From positions 5,184,001 to 5,248,000 of the forward strand of contig OX638351.1 of NCBI GenBank assembly GCA_951813565.1: a stretch of DNA of 64,000 nucleotides. The letters run 5' to 3'. Positions within the stretch are counted from its first letter, which is position 1, and every line of letters starts with the position of its first letter. The notes under the pieces are model-generated. The model was not told the DNA's origin. It searched no databases and saw only the letters and a program-made list of their open reading frames with translations. Source of the DNA: an uncultured Poribacteria bacterium. GTDB taxonomy: Bacteria; Poribacteria; WGA-4E; WGA-3G. A program made the position numbers and the translations under genes. Positions 31,876-40,816 of this stretch are shown piece by piece.

Positions 31876-32985
31876 CTAATGCAAACTTTCCAAAAAAAGT
31901 CTACCAACATCAAGATTATATTCAAAATCTGTTGCCGACCACGGACTGTTATATCCAATAATCGGCACATAACTCTCGTGACGCGAACCGTGTGAACGCA
32001 CTGAAATAGACTCTGACGCTACTTCCAATTCGCCAAAAACTGTGTCTTTGTCTGTCAATACAAAAATATCTCCAATCCTATTCGGGTGAAGACGGAATAT
32101 ACGGGCGGCATCTTCTGCAGAATGAACCTCTTCAATACCCGTTGTGTTTAGAAGTGTCCGCACTGCTTGTTCAATATCACTTCTATTATTGAGAAAAACA
32201 TACGCTGCACCGCCTAAGTTGCCGTGATGTACTACATACCGATCTTTAATTATAGGTATAGAGATAGCAGGAATACTATGTTGCCTTAAAATACGCCCGG
32301 GGTCGAGAGCAAATGTCTTGTCCATCATCCCATGATCAGCGGTGATATATATCTCGCGGTTAGGGTTATCATCTACGATCTCTCCGATGATGCGATCAAG
32401 TTCCGCCATGTGCTGTTGGGATAATTCATCTTGCGGGGCATATTTGTGCTGCACCCAATCTGTTGTTGAACAATACACCAGTTCTGGATTATAAGTCTGT
32501 AAAGCATAACGGACTGCACGTAGTAACCACCAGTTAATCTCACATGAATAAATCGGTTCAACATGACCCACAGCATCAACATATTCAGATGGTGGTTCTT
32601 CTGCTGCAACGGCAATATCAGTTCCGCTTTCCAAAATCCGTAACAACTTCTGTTTTGTCACAAACAGTGCGGTTTTATCTGCAAACTTCGTATTTTTGGC
32701 AACCTCAAACAGTGTCGGCGCAAGGAGAAAACGGTTATCCTCAATAAATTCCCCTTTGCCAGTTTTTCTATCAACATAGTAATTAGATGTAATGCCGTGT
32801 GTATCAGGAAACGTCCCCGTTGCGATACTCACATTGTTGACATTTGTCACAGACGGGATGACAGCGTTTGCATGCTGATAAAAACCTGCATCTGCTAACT
32901 TTTTGATATTTGGTATATCGCTGGCTGCCAAATAATCATGACTTCCCGCATCAATACAGAGTATAAGAATTTTCCGTCTTTTCAC
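31876..32985 (-). CDS. phnA: Phosphonoacetate hydrolase-like alkaline phosphatase superfamily enzyme
   Basis: PSVTNVNNVSIATG, TDWVQHKYAP, TADHGM, RSHG resemble PhnA motifs. Confidence 0.7.
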   Translation of the reverse strand: MKRRKILILCIDAGSHDYLAASDIPNIKKLADAGFYQHANAVIPSVTNVNNVSIATGTFPDTHGITSNYYVDRKTGKGEFIEDNRFLLAPTLFEVAKNTKFADKTALFVTKQKLLRILESGTDIAVAAEEPPSEYVDAVGHVEPIYSCEINWWLLRAVRYALQTYNPELVYCSTTDWVQHKYAPQDELSQQHMAELDRIIGEIVDDNPNREIYITADHGMMDKTFALDPGRILRQHSIPAISIPIIKDRYVVHHGNLGGAAYVFLNNRSDIEQAVRTLLNTTGIEEVHSAEDAARIFRLHPNRIGDIFVLTDKDTVFGELEVASESISVRSHGSRHESYVPIIGYNSPWSATDFEYNLDVGRLFLESLH

Positions 32986-33182
32986 ACTATGTTTACGCTT
33001 CCTCTATCCGTTTATGTTGATTAGTACACGCTAATCTGAAAAGCATTATAGCACATACCTTTTTAGTTTATCAAGGGTTTCTAAATGCGGTGTAAATATT
33101 TGTAAATTTCTGAATGTCATAGCACCCACAGCGTAAACGCTGGGGCTTGTGCTTCGTAGCAGTTAGCCTTTTTTCAAAGGTC

Positions 33183-34304
33183 TCACATCTGCTCCACAAG
33201 GGGTTCTAAGCAGCCCCGAAGTATATTGATAGCAGCGTTTATATCTCTATCGTGGTGTGAACCACATTCATTGCATATCCACTGCCTATCTGCAAGAGAA
33301 AGATTATTGTTAGAATGTCCGCAGTTGCTACAAGGTTTTGTTGTAGGTGACCACTGTCCGACTTGATGGCATGCACGATTATGTTTGAAACATTTGAACT
33401 TCACAATCTGAACAAACTGATAGAAACCGAGGTCGGAGACTTTACGTCCCCAGAGTCTTTTCATTCCGTCAAGGTTGAGCGTTTCGGTGACGATAATGTC
33501 AAAGCGTCTGCAAAGGTCTGTAGCAAGTTTCCAGTGCCAATCTCTGCGTTGGTTGCTAACTTTGATATAGAGCCGTGTGAGTTGTCTGATAGCACGATAC
33601 CAGTTGTTAGACCCCTTGACTTTGCGACTAAGGGACTTATTCAGTTTGCGAAGTTGTTTCAAAGATTGTTTATGGAACTGCGGAGACTCTATTTTTTCAC
33701 CAGTGCTGATTGTCAGAAAAGTTTTCAAACCGAAGTCTACGCCCACGCTCTCACCTGTTTGTTGCATAGGTTCGGTAGAAGTATTATCGGTGATGATATA
33801 GAGCCAGTATTCACCAGCATTATCACGAAGGATTTGGATATATCGGACATCTCCGTGCCAGTTGCGGTGTTGATGGAAAGAGAACCAAACACGATTGACT
33901 TTCAAAGATTTAGAATGCATGTCCCACGATTTGAAAGAGAGACGCACACGCCCATCTTCAAGTTTGTAGCCTGTTTGGAACTTAGCAGAACGGTATCTAT
34001 GTTTTCGCTTCGGTTTCGGATGACCGCCTTGACCAGCAAAGAAACGTTGGTATGCGTCATGGATACGGATAATCGCAGCGTCAAGGGTGTCACGAGGTAT
34101 CCAAGCCCAATGTTTATGGGTGCGTTTCAGCAACTTGGTAAGATGCGGTTGCAACTTGTATCTACCAGCATATTTGCCGTAGATGCGGTAATATCGCTTT
34201 TCAAGACGCAGAAAGTGATTATGCACATCACACAAGTCATCAAGCATGTTGCCCAAACGTTTGTTCTTTGGGTGATTGCGTCCCTTATATTTATAGGTTC
34301 GCAT
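33183..34304 (-). CDS. tnpB: RNA-guided endonuclease TnpB
   Basis: RuvC GVDFG / TETL / DRDINAA; zinc finger CSNC..CNEC. Confidence 0.95.
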   Translation of the reverse strand: MRTYKYKGRNHPKNKRLGNMLDDLCDVHNHFLRLEKRYYRIYGKYAGRYKLQPHLTKLLKRTHKHWAWIPRDTLDAAIIRIHDAYQRFFAGQGGHPKPKRKHRYRSAKFQTGYKLEDGRVRLSFKSWDMHSKSLKVNRVWFSFHQHRNWHGDVRYIQILRDNAGEYWLYIITDNTSTEPMQQTGESVGVDFGLKTFLTISTGEKIESPQFHKQSLKQLRKLNKSLSRKVKGSNNWYRAIRQLTRLYIKVSNQRRDWHWKLATDLCRRFDIIVTETLNLDGMKRLWGRKVSDLGFYQFVQIVKFKCFKHNRACHQVGQWSPTTKPCSNCGHSNNNLSLADRQWICNECGSHHDRDINAAINILRGCLEPLVEQM

Positions 34305-34314
34305 TACTTTACTC

Positions 34315-34394
34315 CAGCATTACTTCCGATTCCATTCGGTTTCGGTAGAGACCACCTCATGCGAGGTGGATGGAATTCTCTACCTGTAATGCTG
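34315..34394 (-). ncRNA. Putative structured 5' leader RNA of tnpB1
   Basis: Four stems plus a pseudoknot; same architecture as 39403-39473. Confidence 0.6.
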
Positions 34395-34399
34395 AGAAT

Positions 34400-34429
34400 A
34401 GTTTAACACACTTGGCACATAATTGTCAA
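34400..34429 (-). promoter_or_regulatory. tnpB1 promoter
   Basis: TTGACA-18bp-TAAACT with TGn, immediately upstream of the leader. Confidence 0.6.
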
Positions 34430-34557
34430 GCAAAAAAAAGAACGGGCATTCCTCCCCGACCTAAAGCAACGGGGTCTCCTGCCCGAAGATTGATGAATAA
34501 CGGACTTGCGAGGATGAGGATTTCACAGGTTTTTGTTGGGTTTCGCTTCGCTCTACC

Positions 34558-34732
34558 TATAGGTGTCAACTTAAGAAAAATGCTGGATTTTCTCTTGTGG
34601 GAGGGAAACCTTGAAAGCCCGATTTTGTGAGTGTTAACCTGTTAAATCGGGGTTGAAAACCCGCCAAATGCCAAAAAGCGCATTTGGCGTTGATTCACTC
34701 CCACAAGAAGGTATCCTTAAGTTGACATTTAT
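34558..34732. mobile_element. MITE family C copy 1
   Basis: TIR ATAGGTGTCAACTTAAG; inverted homolog at 42404-42577. Confidence 0.75.
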
Positions 34733-34789
34733 GGGTTTCGCTTCGCTCTACCCAACCTACAAACGAAGATACCATTCCAATGATAACTA

Positions 34790-35896
34790 TTAATCTTTCA
34801 ACGGGTCTACAGCAATACGAATAGCGTCTTGACGGAACGCATGTGCAAAAGCATCGTCAATATCAGACAAAGGATAAATCTCTCCAATAAGTCCTGCAAA
34901 TGGATACTGCTTCCTACTTCTTTCTATAAAACTCAGAGCAGATTTCAGCACACTGGGATGATAGTTGTGAATACCCCGCAGATTTATACATTTTGTAACA
35001 AGTTGATGAACATTAAACGGAATGTTTTCAAGTGGATAGACATACCCAAGCGTCAAACATCTCCCACCGATTCCCAACCACTCAATCAAATCAGGGAGGG
35101 CAGACGGTGCCCCACTCACTTCAACAGCAAGGTCAACACCGCGTCCACGCGTCAGTTCTTTTAACTTTTCAGAAATGTCTTCGGCAGATGTACTACTTGT
35201 ATTAAATGTGTGTGTTGCACCGAACTGTTCAGCAATCTGTAAGCGGTTTGCGTTTTTATCTACAATTGCTACGATGTCGTAACCTTGCTCTTGCAGAAAA
35301 CATACAGCATAGATGCCCAACATACCAGCACCGTGTATAATCGCTGTCTCACCCGGATATGTTCCAATTGTTTCCAAACCGTTAATAACTGTTGCAAGAG
35401 CACAATTAATAGGGACCGCTTCCTCATCTTTTATCGCATCAGGAATATGATAGATTGTTGTCCCCGCTTTCAACTGAATATGTGATGCAAATCCACCAGA
35501 TAACGTATTTTCATCTGCACACTGGGCATGCCCGTATTTAAACATCGTTTCGCATTTTTGTGGTAGGTTTTTATTTAAACAATAATGACATGCACTACAA
35601 GAAGTCGTCAGACTCCAAATAATTCTGTCGCCTGCACGAAGTAATTTTCCTTCAGCAGAACGCAGACGTGTAGATGCTGCGACAGTACCGACTACCTCAT
35701 GTCCAAGTACACATGGCACTTCCGCGCTGCGTCTGCCCGATACAGTGTGAAGGTCAGAACCACAAATAGTTGCTAACGCAACCTGCACCAGAACAGTGTC
35801 TGCAGTAGCCTTCACAGGCACTTCGCAAATCCCAAATAGGGTGTCTACACCCTGAAATAATGCAATCTGGGCAGCTTCCTTTATGTTTTTAGACAT
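34790..35896 (-). CDS. Zn-dependent alcohol dehydrogenase, possibly the phosphonate-catabolism-associated type
   Basis: ICGSDLHT, LGHE, C..C..C.......C, KYGH, GAGMLG, G.HNY. Confidence 0.85.
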   Translation of the reverse strand: MSKNIKEAAQIALFQGVDTLFGICEVPVKATADTVLVQVALATICGSDLHTVSGRRSAEVPCVLGHEVVGTVAASTRLRSAEGKLLRAGDRIIWSLTTSCSACHYCLNKNLPQKCETMFKYGHAQCADENTLSGGFASHIQLKAGTTIYHIPDAIKDEEAVPINCALATVINGLETIGTYPGETAIIHGAGMLGIYAVCFLQEQGYDIVAIVDKNANRLQIAEQFGATHTFNTSSTSAEDISEKLKELTRGRGVDLAVEVSGAPSALPDLIEWLGIGGRCLTLGYVYPLENIPFNVHQLVTKCINLRGIHNYHPSVLKSALSFIERSRKQYPFAGLIGEIYPLSDIDDAFAHAFRQDAIRIAVDPLKD

Positions 35897-35951
35897 TTAT
35901 TCTCCTATCCTAAAATTTGAAAACTAATATATGAATTGTCTAACATTTTAC

Positions 35952-35980
35952 TTGCCACGTCAAGTATTATTTCGTATAAT
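35952..35980 (+). promoter_or_regulatory. Sigma70 promoter of argB
   Basis: TTGCCA-17bp-TATAAT. Confidence 0.65.
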
Positions 35981-36019
35981 TTATCAACAAGATACATTAT
36001 CAAAAGGAAATAAAATTAA

Positions 36020-36898
36020 ATGAGCCGAACTGCCGACGTTCTTATTGAAGCTTTACCTTATATCCAACGCTTTTACAACCGTAGAATTGTGATAAAATAT
36101 GGCGGTGCAGCGATGGAGGACGAATTACTCATTCACTCCGTAATGGAAGACATTGTTTTGATGAAATATGTTGGTATGCGTCCAATTGTCGTGCACGGCG
36201 GCGGTCCCAAAATCAATACTTGGATGGACAAAGTAGGAAAAGAAGCAGAATTTGTGCAGGGGTTGCGTGTAACCGATGCCGAAACCGTCGAAATTGCTGA
36301 AATGGTCTTAGCAGGAACTATCAACAAAGGCATTGTTGCACGTATCAATCAACATGGCGGTAAGGCGATCGGGCTTTGTGGTAAGGACGCGAATCTAATC
36401 GTTGCTGAAAAACATACTCCGAAAATAATGGATGAAGATGGAAACGAAACCACAGTAGATATCGGATACGTCGGCAAAATCATCGGTGTCAACACGCAGC
36501 CGATTATCACACTTGATGAGGCAGGATACATCCCTGTAATTGCGCCTAACGGAACAGGGGTTGATGGACAAACCTATAATATTAATGCGGATACAATGGC
36601 AGGTGAAATCGCTTCGGCACTTCAAGCCGAAAAACTGATTTTATTGACAGATACCCGTGGAATCTGTAAAGATGCTGAAGATATTTCTACACTTATCCCA
36701 ACTATACGTATGAAGCAAATAAACGCCCTTATTGATGACGGTGTAATTAAGGACGGGATGATACCCAAAATTGAAGCATGTGCCACGGCACTTCTCGGCG
36801 GCGTATCAAAAACACATATTATTGATGGCAAAATTCAGCATTCCCTCCTACTTGAAGTTCTCACAGAAGGCGGTATCGGGACCGAAATTATTAGGTAA
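36020..36898 (+). CDS. argB: Acetylglutamate kinase
   Basis: EALPYI, IKYGG, VHGGGP, GLRVTD, NINAD, GMIPK. Confidence 0.97.
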   Translation: MSRTADVLIEALPYIQRFYNRRIVIKYGGAAMEDELLIHSVMEDIVLMKYVGMRPIVVHGGGPKINTWMDKVGKEAEFVQGLRVTDAETVEIAEMVLAGTINKGIVARINQHGGKAIGLCGKDANLIVAEKHTPKIMDEDGNETTVDIGYVGKIIGVNTQPIITLDEAGYIPVIAPNGTGVDGQTYNINADTMAGEIASALQAEKLILLTDTRGICKDAEDISTLIPTIRMKQINALIDDGVIKDGMIPKIEACATALLGGVSKTHIIDGKIQHSLLLEVLTEGGIGTEIIR

Positions 36899-36917
36899 AC
36901 TTCAGAGAGAAAACACT

Positions 36918-38084
36918 ATGGAAAACCGAAAGAAAATCGCAGCAATCATCACTACCTATTTTCAACACTCTCATGCAGATGTAATCGCAACAAAATACAT
37001 GAAAGGCTTTCCGACAGATGAAGGGCATCGAATGCCGCGTGTTGAATTGGTATCCATCTATCTGGATCAGGTAGATTCACGAGACATAGGGGTCGGTTTA
37101 GCAAAAGAACATGGAGTGCCGATATATCCCAGCATTCGGCAAGCGTTAACGCTCGGTGGCGGTGAACTTGCAGTCGATGGTGTGCTCCTTATCGGTGAAC
37201 ACGGTGACTATCCGCATAACGAGTTTGAACAACACATGTATCCGCGCCGTTATATGTTTGAACAAATTTGCGGTGTGTTTGCCTCAAGTGGTCGATCTGT
37301 TCCTGTGTTCTGTGACAAACACCTTTCATATAATTGGGATGATGCTAATTGGATGTACGAGCGAGCTAAAGCGCTTGAAGTGCCATTCATGGCGGGTTCT
37401 TCGCTGCCGACTTGTTGGCGACAACCTTTTTTGGAACACACACTTGACATGTCTTTGGAATCGGCTATTGGGATAGGTTACGGCGGCGTAGAGTCGTACG
37501 GCTTTCACGCACTTGAGACGTTGCAATGTATGACGGAACGCCGACAAGGCGGCGAATCTGGTGTGGTTGCTATTCAATGTCTTGAAGGTGAGACTGTTTG
37601 GGAAGCAGCTGAGACAGGTCAATGGTCAATGGAGTTAGCAGATGCTGCGTGCGCCCAAATCAAAAATCGTCCGGACAAAACGATTAATGAAGGATGTCCG
37701 AACCCAACTCTGTTCCTAATAGAGCATCGGGATGGTTTTCATTCCGCAGTGCTGATGTTGAATGGCTATGTCACGGACTTCGCTTATGCGGGGAAACATG
37801 GTGATAATATCTATGCAACGGAATTTTATCTACAAAACGGCCCACCACATGCGCATTTTAGCTATTTGAGTCTTAACATTGAGGAGATGTTTGTGACAGG
37901 CACGCCGCAATATCCTGTGGAACGCACCTTGTTGACAACCGGCATTCTGGATGCCATCATGCACTCGCGCGCGCAAGGAAATATCCGACTTCAAACGCCA
38001 CATTTAGCGGAACTTGCGTATCGTTCCTACGACCATACACTTATCCGACCAACAGCACCACGCCCAGAAGGTGCTACATTATAG
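36918..38084 (+). CDS. Conserved hypothetical protein, Gfo/Idh/MocA-like oxidoreductase fold
   Basis: SHADVI, VLLIGEHGDYP, DKHL, AGSSLP, YGFHALE; start moved to the ATG at 36918. Confidence 0.65.
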   Translation: MENRKKIAAIITTYFQHSHADVIATKYMKGFPTDEGHRMPRVELVSIYLDQVDSRDIGVGLAKEHGVPIYPSIRQALTLGGGELAVDGVLLIGEHGDYPHNEFEQHMYPRRYMFEQICGVFASSGRSVPVFCDKHLSYNWDDANWMYERAKALEVPFMAGSSLPTCWRQPFLEHTLDMSLESAIGIGYGGVESYGFHALETLQCMTERRQGGESGVVAIQCLEGETVWEAAETGQWSMELADAACAQIKNRPDKTINEGCPNPTLFLIEHRDGFHSAVLMLNGYVTDFAYAGKHGDNIYATEFYLQNGPPHAHFSYLSLNIEEMFVTGTPQYPVERTLLTTGILDAIMHSRAQGNIRLQTPHLAELAYRSYDHTLIRPTAPRPEGATL

Positions 38085-38232
38085 TAGATTTTACAATTAC
38101 TTATACACTACGACAAGCGAGGTTAGGAAACCTCCAAATCAAGAAATCAACGGTATGAATCATGGCATTCACATTAAACGCATCAAACTTTTGACATACT
38201 CCCCAAGCTAAAGCATGGGGATTCTTCTATCA

Positions 38233-39390
38233 TCAGAGACTGCCTGCCGAGGCAGGTGTTACGTCTCCTCCTGAAAAGGTTGACGCCCCAACCTTATGAA
38301 TGTTTATAGCAGCGTTTATATCGCGGTCATGAGAGATTTTACAATTATGGCAATACCAATCGCGCACACTCAAATTAAAGAACATTTGGATTTGTCCGCA
38401 GGAATGGCAAACTTTACTTGTGGGTGTCCATCTGTCAATCTGCTTGACATGCTTGCATCGTTTTTGTGCTTGCCATTCGAATTTCTGCATGAAGTCTGCA
38501 AAGCCGTAGTCAGAGACTTTTCGTCCCCAGAGGCGTTTCATGCCGTCAAGGTTCAAGTCTTCAAAGAAACAGACATCAAACTTTCTGACAAGTTCAAGCG
38601 CGAGTTTCCAATGATGGTCTTCACGTTGCCGATTGATTTTCCTGTGTACCCGTGCAAGGTCTTTCCTCGCACACTCGCGATTGTTGCTGCCTTTCTGCTT
38701 CCGAGACAACGCACGGCTCGCACGTTTTATCAGTTTAGCAGCAGATTTATAGCATTCAGGAGATTGATATTTCGTGCCATCGGAACAGGTGAGGAAGTGC
38801 TTGAGTCCAAAGTCAAACCCTGCTGTCCTACCAGTCTTAGGTGCAGGCTCAAGTCCCTCAGTGTCTGTTGTGATAGTGATATACCAATCCCCTACAAAGT
38901 CTTTCTTAACGGTAACCTGTTTGATGTTGCCTTCAATAGGTCGGCTATACCAGAATCGGTACCAGCGTCTATTGATACGGATTTTCGCAACGGGGCAGCC
39001 ATCTATTTTGTCAATAGTTTCTATCTTAACTTGGCTACCATCAAAAGTCATAGATTTGTATTTATACCGACTTCTAAATTTAGGCGGACGCTTGGCTCTA
39101 CCTTCAAAGAAGTTTTGCCAACCTCTGTCAACACGTTGGATACATTCCTGCAAACACCAAGAATACGGAACAGTCCAGTGTTGATATTTAGCAAGTCGTT
39201 TCAGTTTCGTCAGATGTTTAATCATTCTGTAGCAGCTTGGACGCTTATAGTCTTCGCAATGTCCGTAGATGCGATAGTGACGCTGCCACAACGCAATAAA
39301 ATGGTTGTGGACATGCGCAATGATACGCAGGTCTTTTTGCAGATGACGATTGCGTTTATGTTTTTGTCCCTTGTATTTGTAGGTTCGCAT
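38233..39390 (-). CDS. tnpB: RNA-guided endonuclease TnpB
   Basis: GFDFG / FEDL / DRDINAA; CHSC..CHNC. Confidence 0.95.
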   Translation of the reverse strand: MRTYKYKGQKHKRNRHLQKDLRIIAHVHNHFIALWQRHYRIYGHCEDYKRPSCYRMIKHLTKLKRLAKYQHWTVPYSWCLQECIQRVDRGWQNFFEGRAKRPPKFRSRYKYKSMTFDGSQVKIETIDKIDGCPVAKIRINRRWYRFWYSRPIEGNIKQVTVKKDFVGDWYITITTDTEGLEPAPKTGRTAGFDFGLKHFLTCSDGTKYQSPECYKSAAKLIKRASRALSRKQKGSNNRECARKDLARVHRKINRQREDHHWKLALELVRKFDVCFFEDLNLDGMKRLWGRKVSDYGFADFMQKFEWQAQKRCKHVKQIDRWTPTSKVCHSCGQIQMFFNLSVRDWYCHNCKISHDRDINAAINIHKVGASTFSGGDVTPASAGSL

Positions 39391-39402
39391 TACATATCCT
39401 TC

Positions 39403-39473
39403 GCATTACAATACCACTTTCAAATGGTGCGGTGGCACTCTCAAGCGAGAGGTGAAATCCACCGCTGTAATAC
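39403..39473 (-). ncRNA. Putative structured 5' leader RNA of tnpB2
   Basis: Covarying counterpart of 34315-34394; G-U wobbles favour the minus strand. Confidence 0.6.
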
Positions 39474-39480
39474 TGGAGAT

Positions 39481-39509
39481 AGTATAACACAAACGCAAGG
39501 AAAAATCAA
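39481..39509 (-). promoter_or_regulatory. tnpB2 promoter
   Basis: TTGATT-17bp-TATACT with TGn. Confidence 0.6.
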
Positions 39510-39619
39510 CAAAAAAATGGAGACGTTAGCGGTGTCTACATCCCCGAGCTAAAGCAACGGGGTTTTGACACCGAAGATTGATAAAGAACTTGTAAAGATA
39601 ATTTTAGATTTCACTATAA

Positions 39620-39775
39620 TAACGCAAGTTGCTACTTACAAAATTTTGAACAAAAAGACGATGTTTTTCCTAAAAAACAAGGGTTTTTCGTTGATTCTGG
39701 ATGTCTTTTGTTATAAATCGGGGTTAGAAACCCCTCCTACAAGAGAATTTACGAAATCGGTAGCAACTTGGGTTA
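39620..39775. mobile_element. MITE family B copy 2 (156 bp)
   Basis: Same TIR and interior as 23844-23999. Confidence 0.75.
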
Positions 39776-39803
39776 TAATATAGATAATGCGAAGTTAACT
39801 TTT

Positions 39804-40304
39804 CTATGCATCTGCTTTCAGTTCCTGAAATATCTGCGCGAGTTTTTCTTGCGTAGCATTCGGATCTTCAATGATAATCCTTGCTCCCCCGATAACATCC
39901 ATAAACCCTAATTCGCGTGGATAGCGCGGAACAACGTGCAAGTGTAGATGTGGAATACTCGCGCCAGAGGATTCTCCCATATTATAACCTACGTTAAAAC
40001 CACGTGGTTGATAGGCACGCGTCAAAACCTCAAAACTGAGACATTGTAGATCATGAAGTTCCTGAACCTCCTCGGAACGCAATTCCCTCGTATCAATTAT
40101 ATGCCGATTCGGAAAGATGAGGAGGTGTCCAGGGCTATACGGATAAAGATTGAGTGAAATTGTAAAAAGTTCTGTCCGATGGACTTCAAGACGTTCAACT
40201 TTTTCATCTTTTTCAACAATTGCACACAGAATACACGCTACGTCTGGTCTGTTTTTTCCTTTAGCATAGGGCATTTTGTTCGGCACAAAAAGGTTTTTTC
40301 GCAT
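39804..40304 (-). CDS. HIT-family nucleotide hydrolase
   Basis: NLYPY..GHL, HLHLH histidine triad, VPR. Confidence 0.92.
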   Translation of the reverse strand: MRKNLFVPNKMPYAKGKNRPDVACILCAIVEKDEKVERLEVHRTELFTISLNLYPYSPGHLLIFPNRHIIDTRELRSEEVQELHDLQCLSFEVLTRAYQPRGFNVGYNMGESSGASIPHLHLHVVPRYPRELGFMDVIGGARIIIEDPNATQEKLAQIFQELKADA

Positions 40305-40816
40305 TCAGGATTCCTATGAAATAGGGGTTATGATCGTAATACATATCATAATATAGAATTTTCTTGATACTTGCAAGCGTTATTCATGGGTGTACAGGGT
40401 TATACCGAATTAACTTGATCCTACTCGGTAGAAGCCAAATCATGGAGAATGTCAAACGCGCATTCTCCATGATTTGGCAATGAATAGCGGACTACAACAC
40501 GTTTCTTGTTATTGATAGGAAATCATTCAGAAATGGTGTTAGAGCCTTTATAGAATGAGGTGTTTGGCATAGTAGCATAACGAAAGGATTCAACGACTTC
40601 TATTAGGTTTTAACGTCTGTGAAGAGGTTAAGTTATACCAATTCTATGAATTATTTTCTCTTTTGAAATGAGATGTAAGAGGCGCAATGAATTGCGCGAC
40701 TACGAACAGGCTATTTTTTTTGAGATGTTATTTTTTAGAAACCGAAAAGTCGCGACCAGGAGGTCGCTCCTACAGGGAAGAGAAGAGCGTTAAGAATATG
40801 GGCTTACAAAGCCTTT

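Larger units (their letters stand above)
33116..34492 (-). mobile_element. IS200/IS605-family TnpB-only element 1
   Basis: LE hairpin CCCCGTTGCTTTAGGTCGGGG after TCAT; RE hairpin CCCCAGCGTTTACGCTGTGGG ending TGAC. Confidence 0.85.
38191..39580 (-). mobile_element. IS200/IS605-family TnpB-only element 2
   Basis: LE after TTAT with hairpin CCCCGTTGCTTTAGCTCGGGG; RE GAATCCCCATGCTTTAGCTTGGGGAGTATGTCAA. Confidence 0.88.
38080..39618. mobile_element. MITE family A copy 2, interrupted by TnpB element 2
   Basis: TATAGTAGATTTT ... GATTTCACTATA ends flank the IS. Confidence 0.6.

Noticed and set aside
34315..34394. Known self-cleaving ribozyme or SAM-type riboswitch
   Set aside because: By eye I could not find the conserved cores of hammerhead, twister, pistol, HDV or SAM-I; a cmscan is still needed.
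33363..34406. 347-aa plus-strand ORF
   Set aside because: Antisense shadow of tnpB1 with no recognisable motifs.
38296..39552. 418-aa plus-strand ORF
   Set aside because: Antisense shadow of tnpB2; long antisense frames are common over tnpB.
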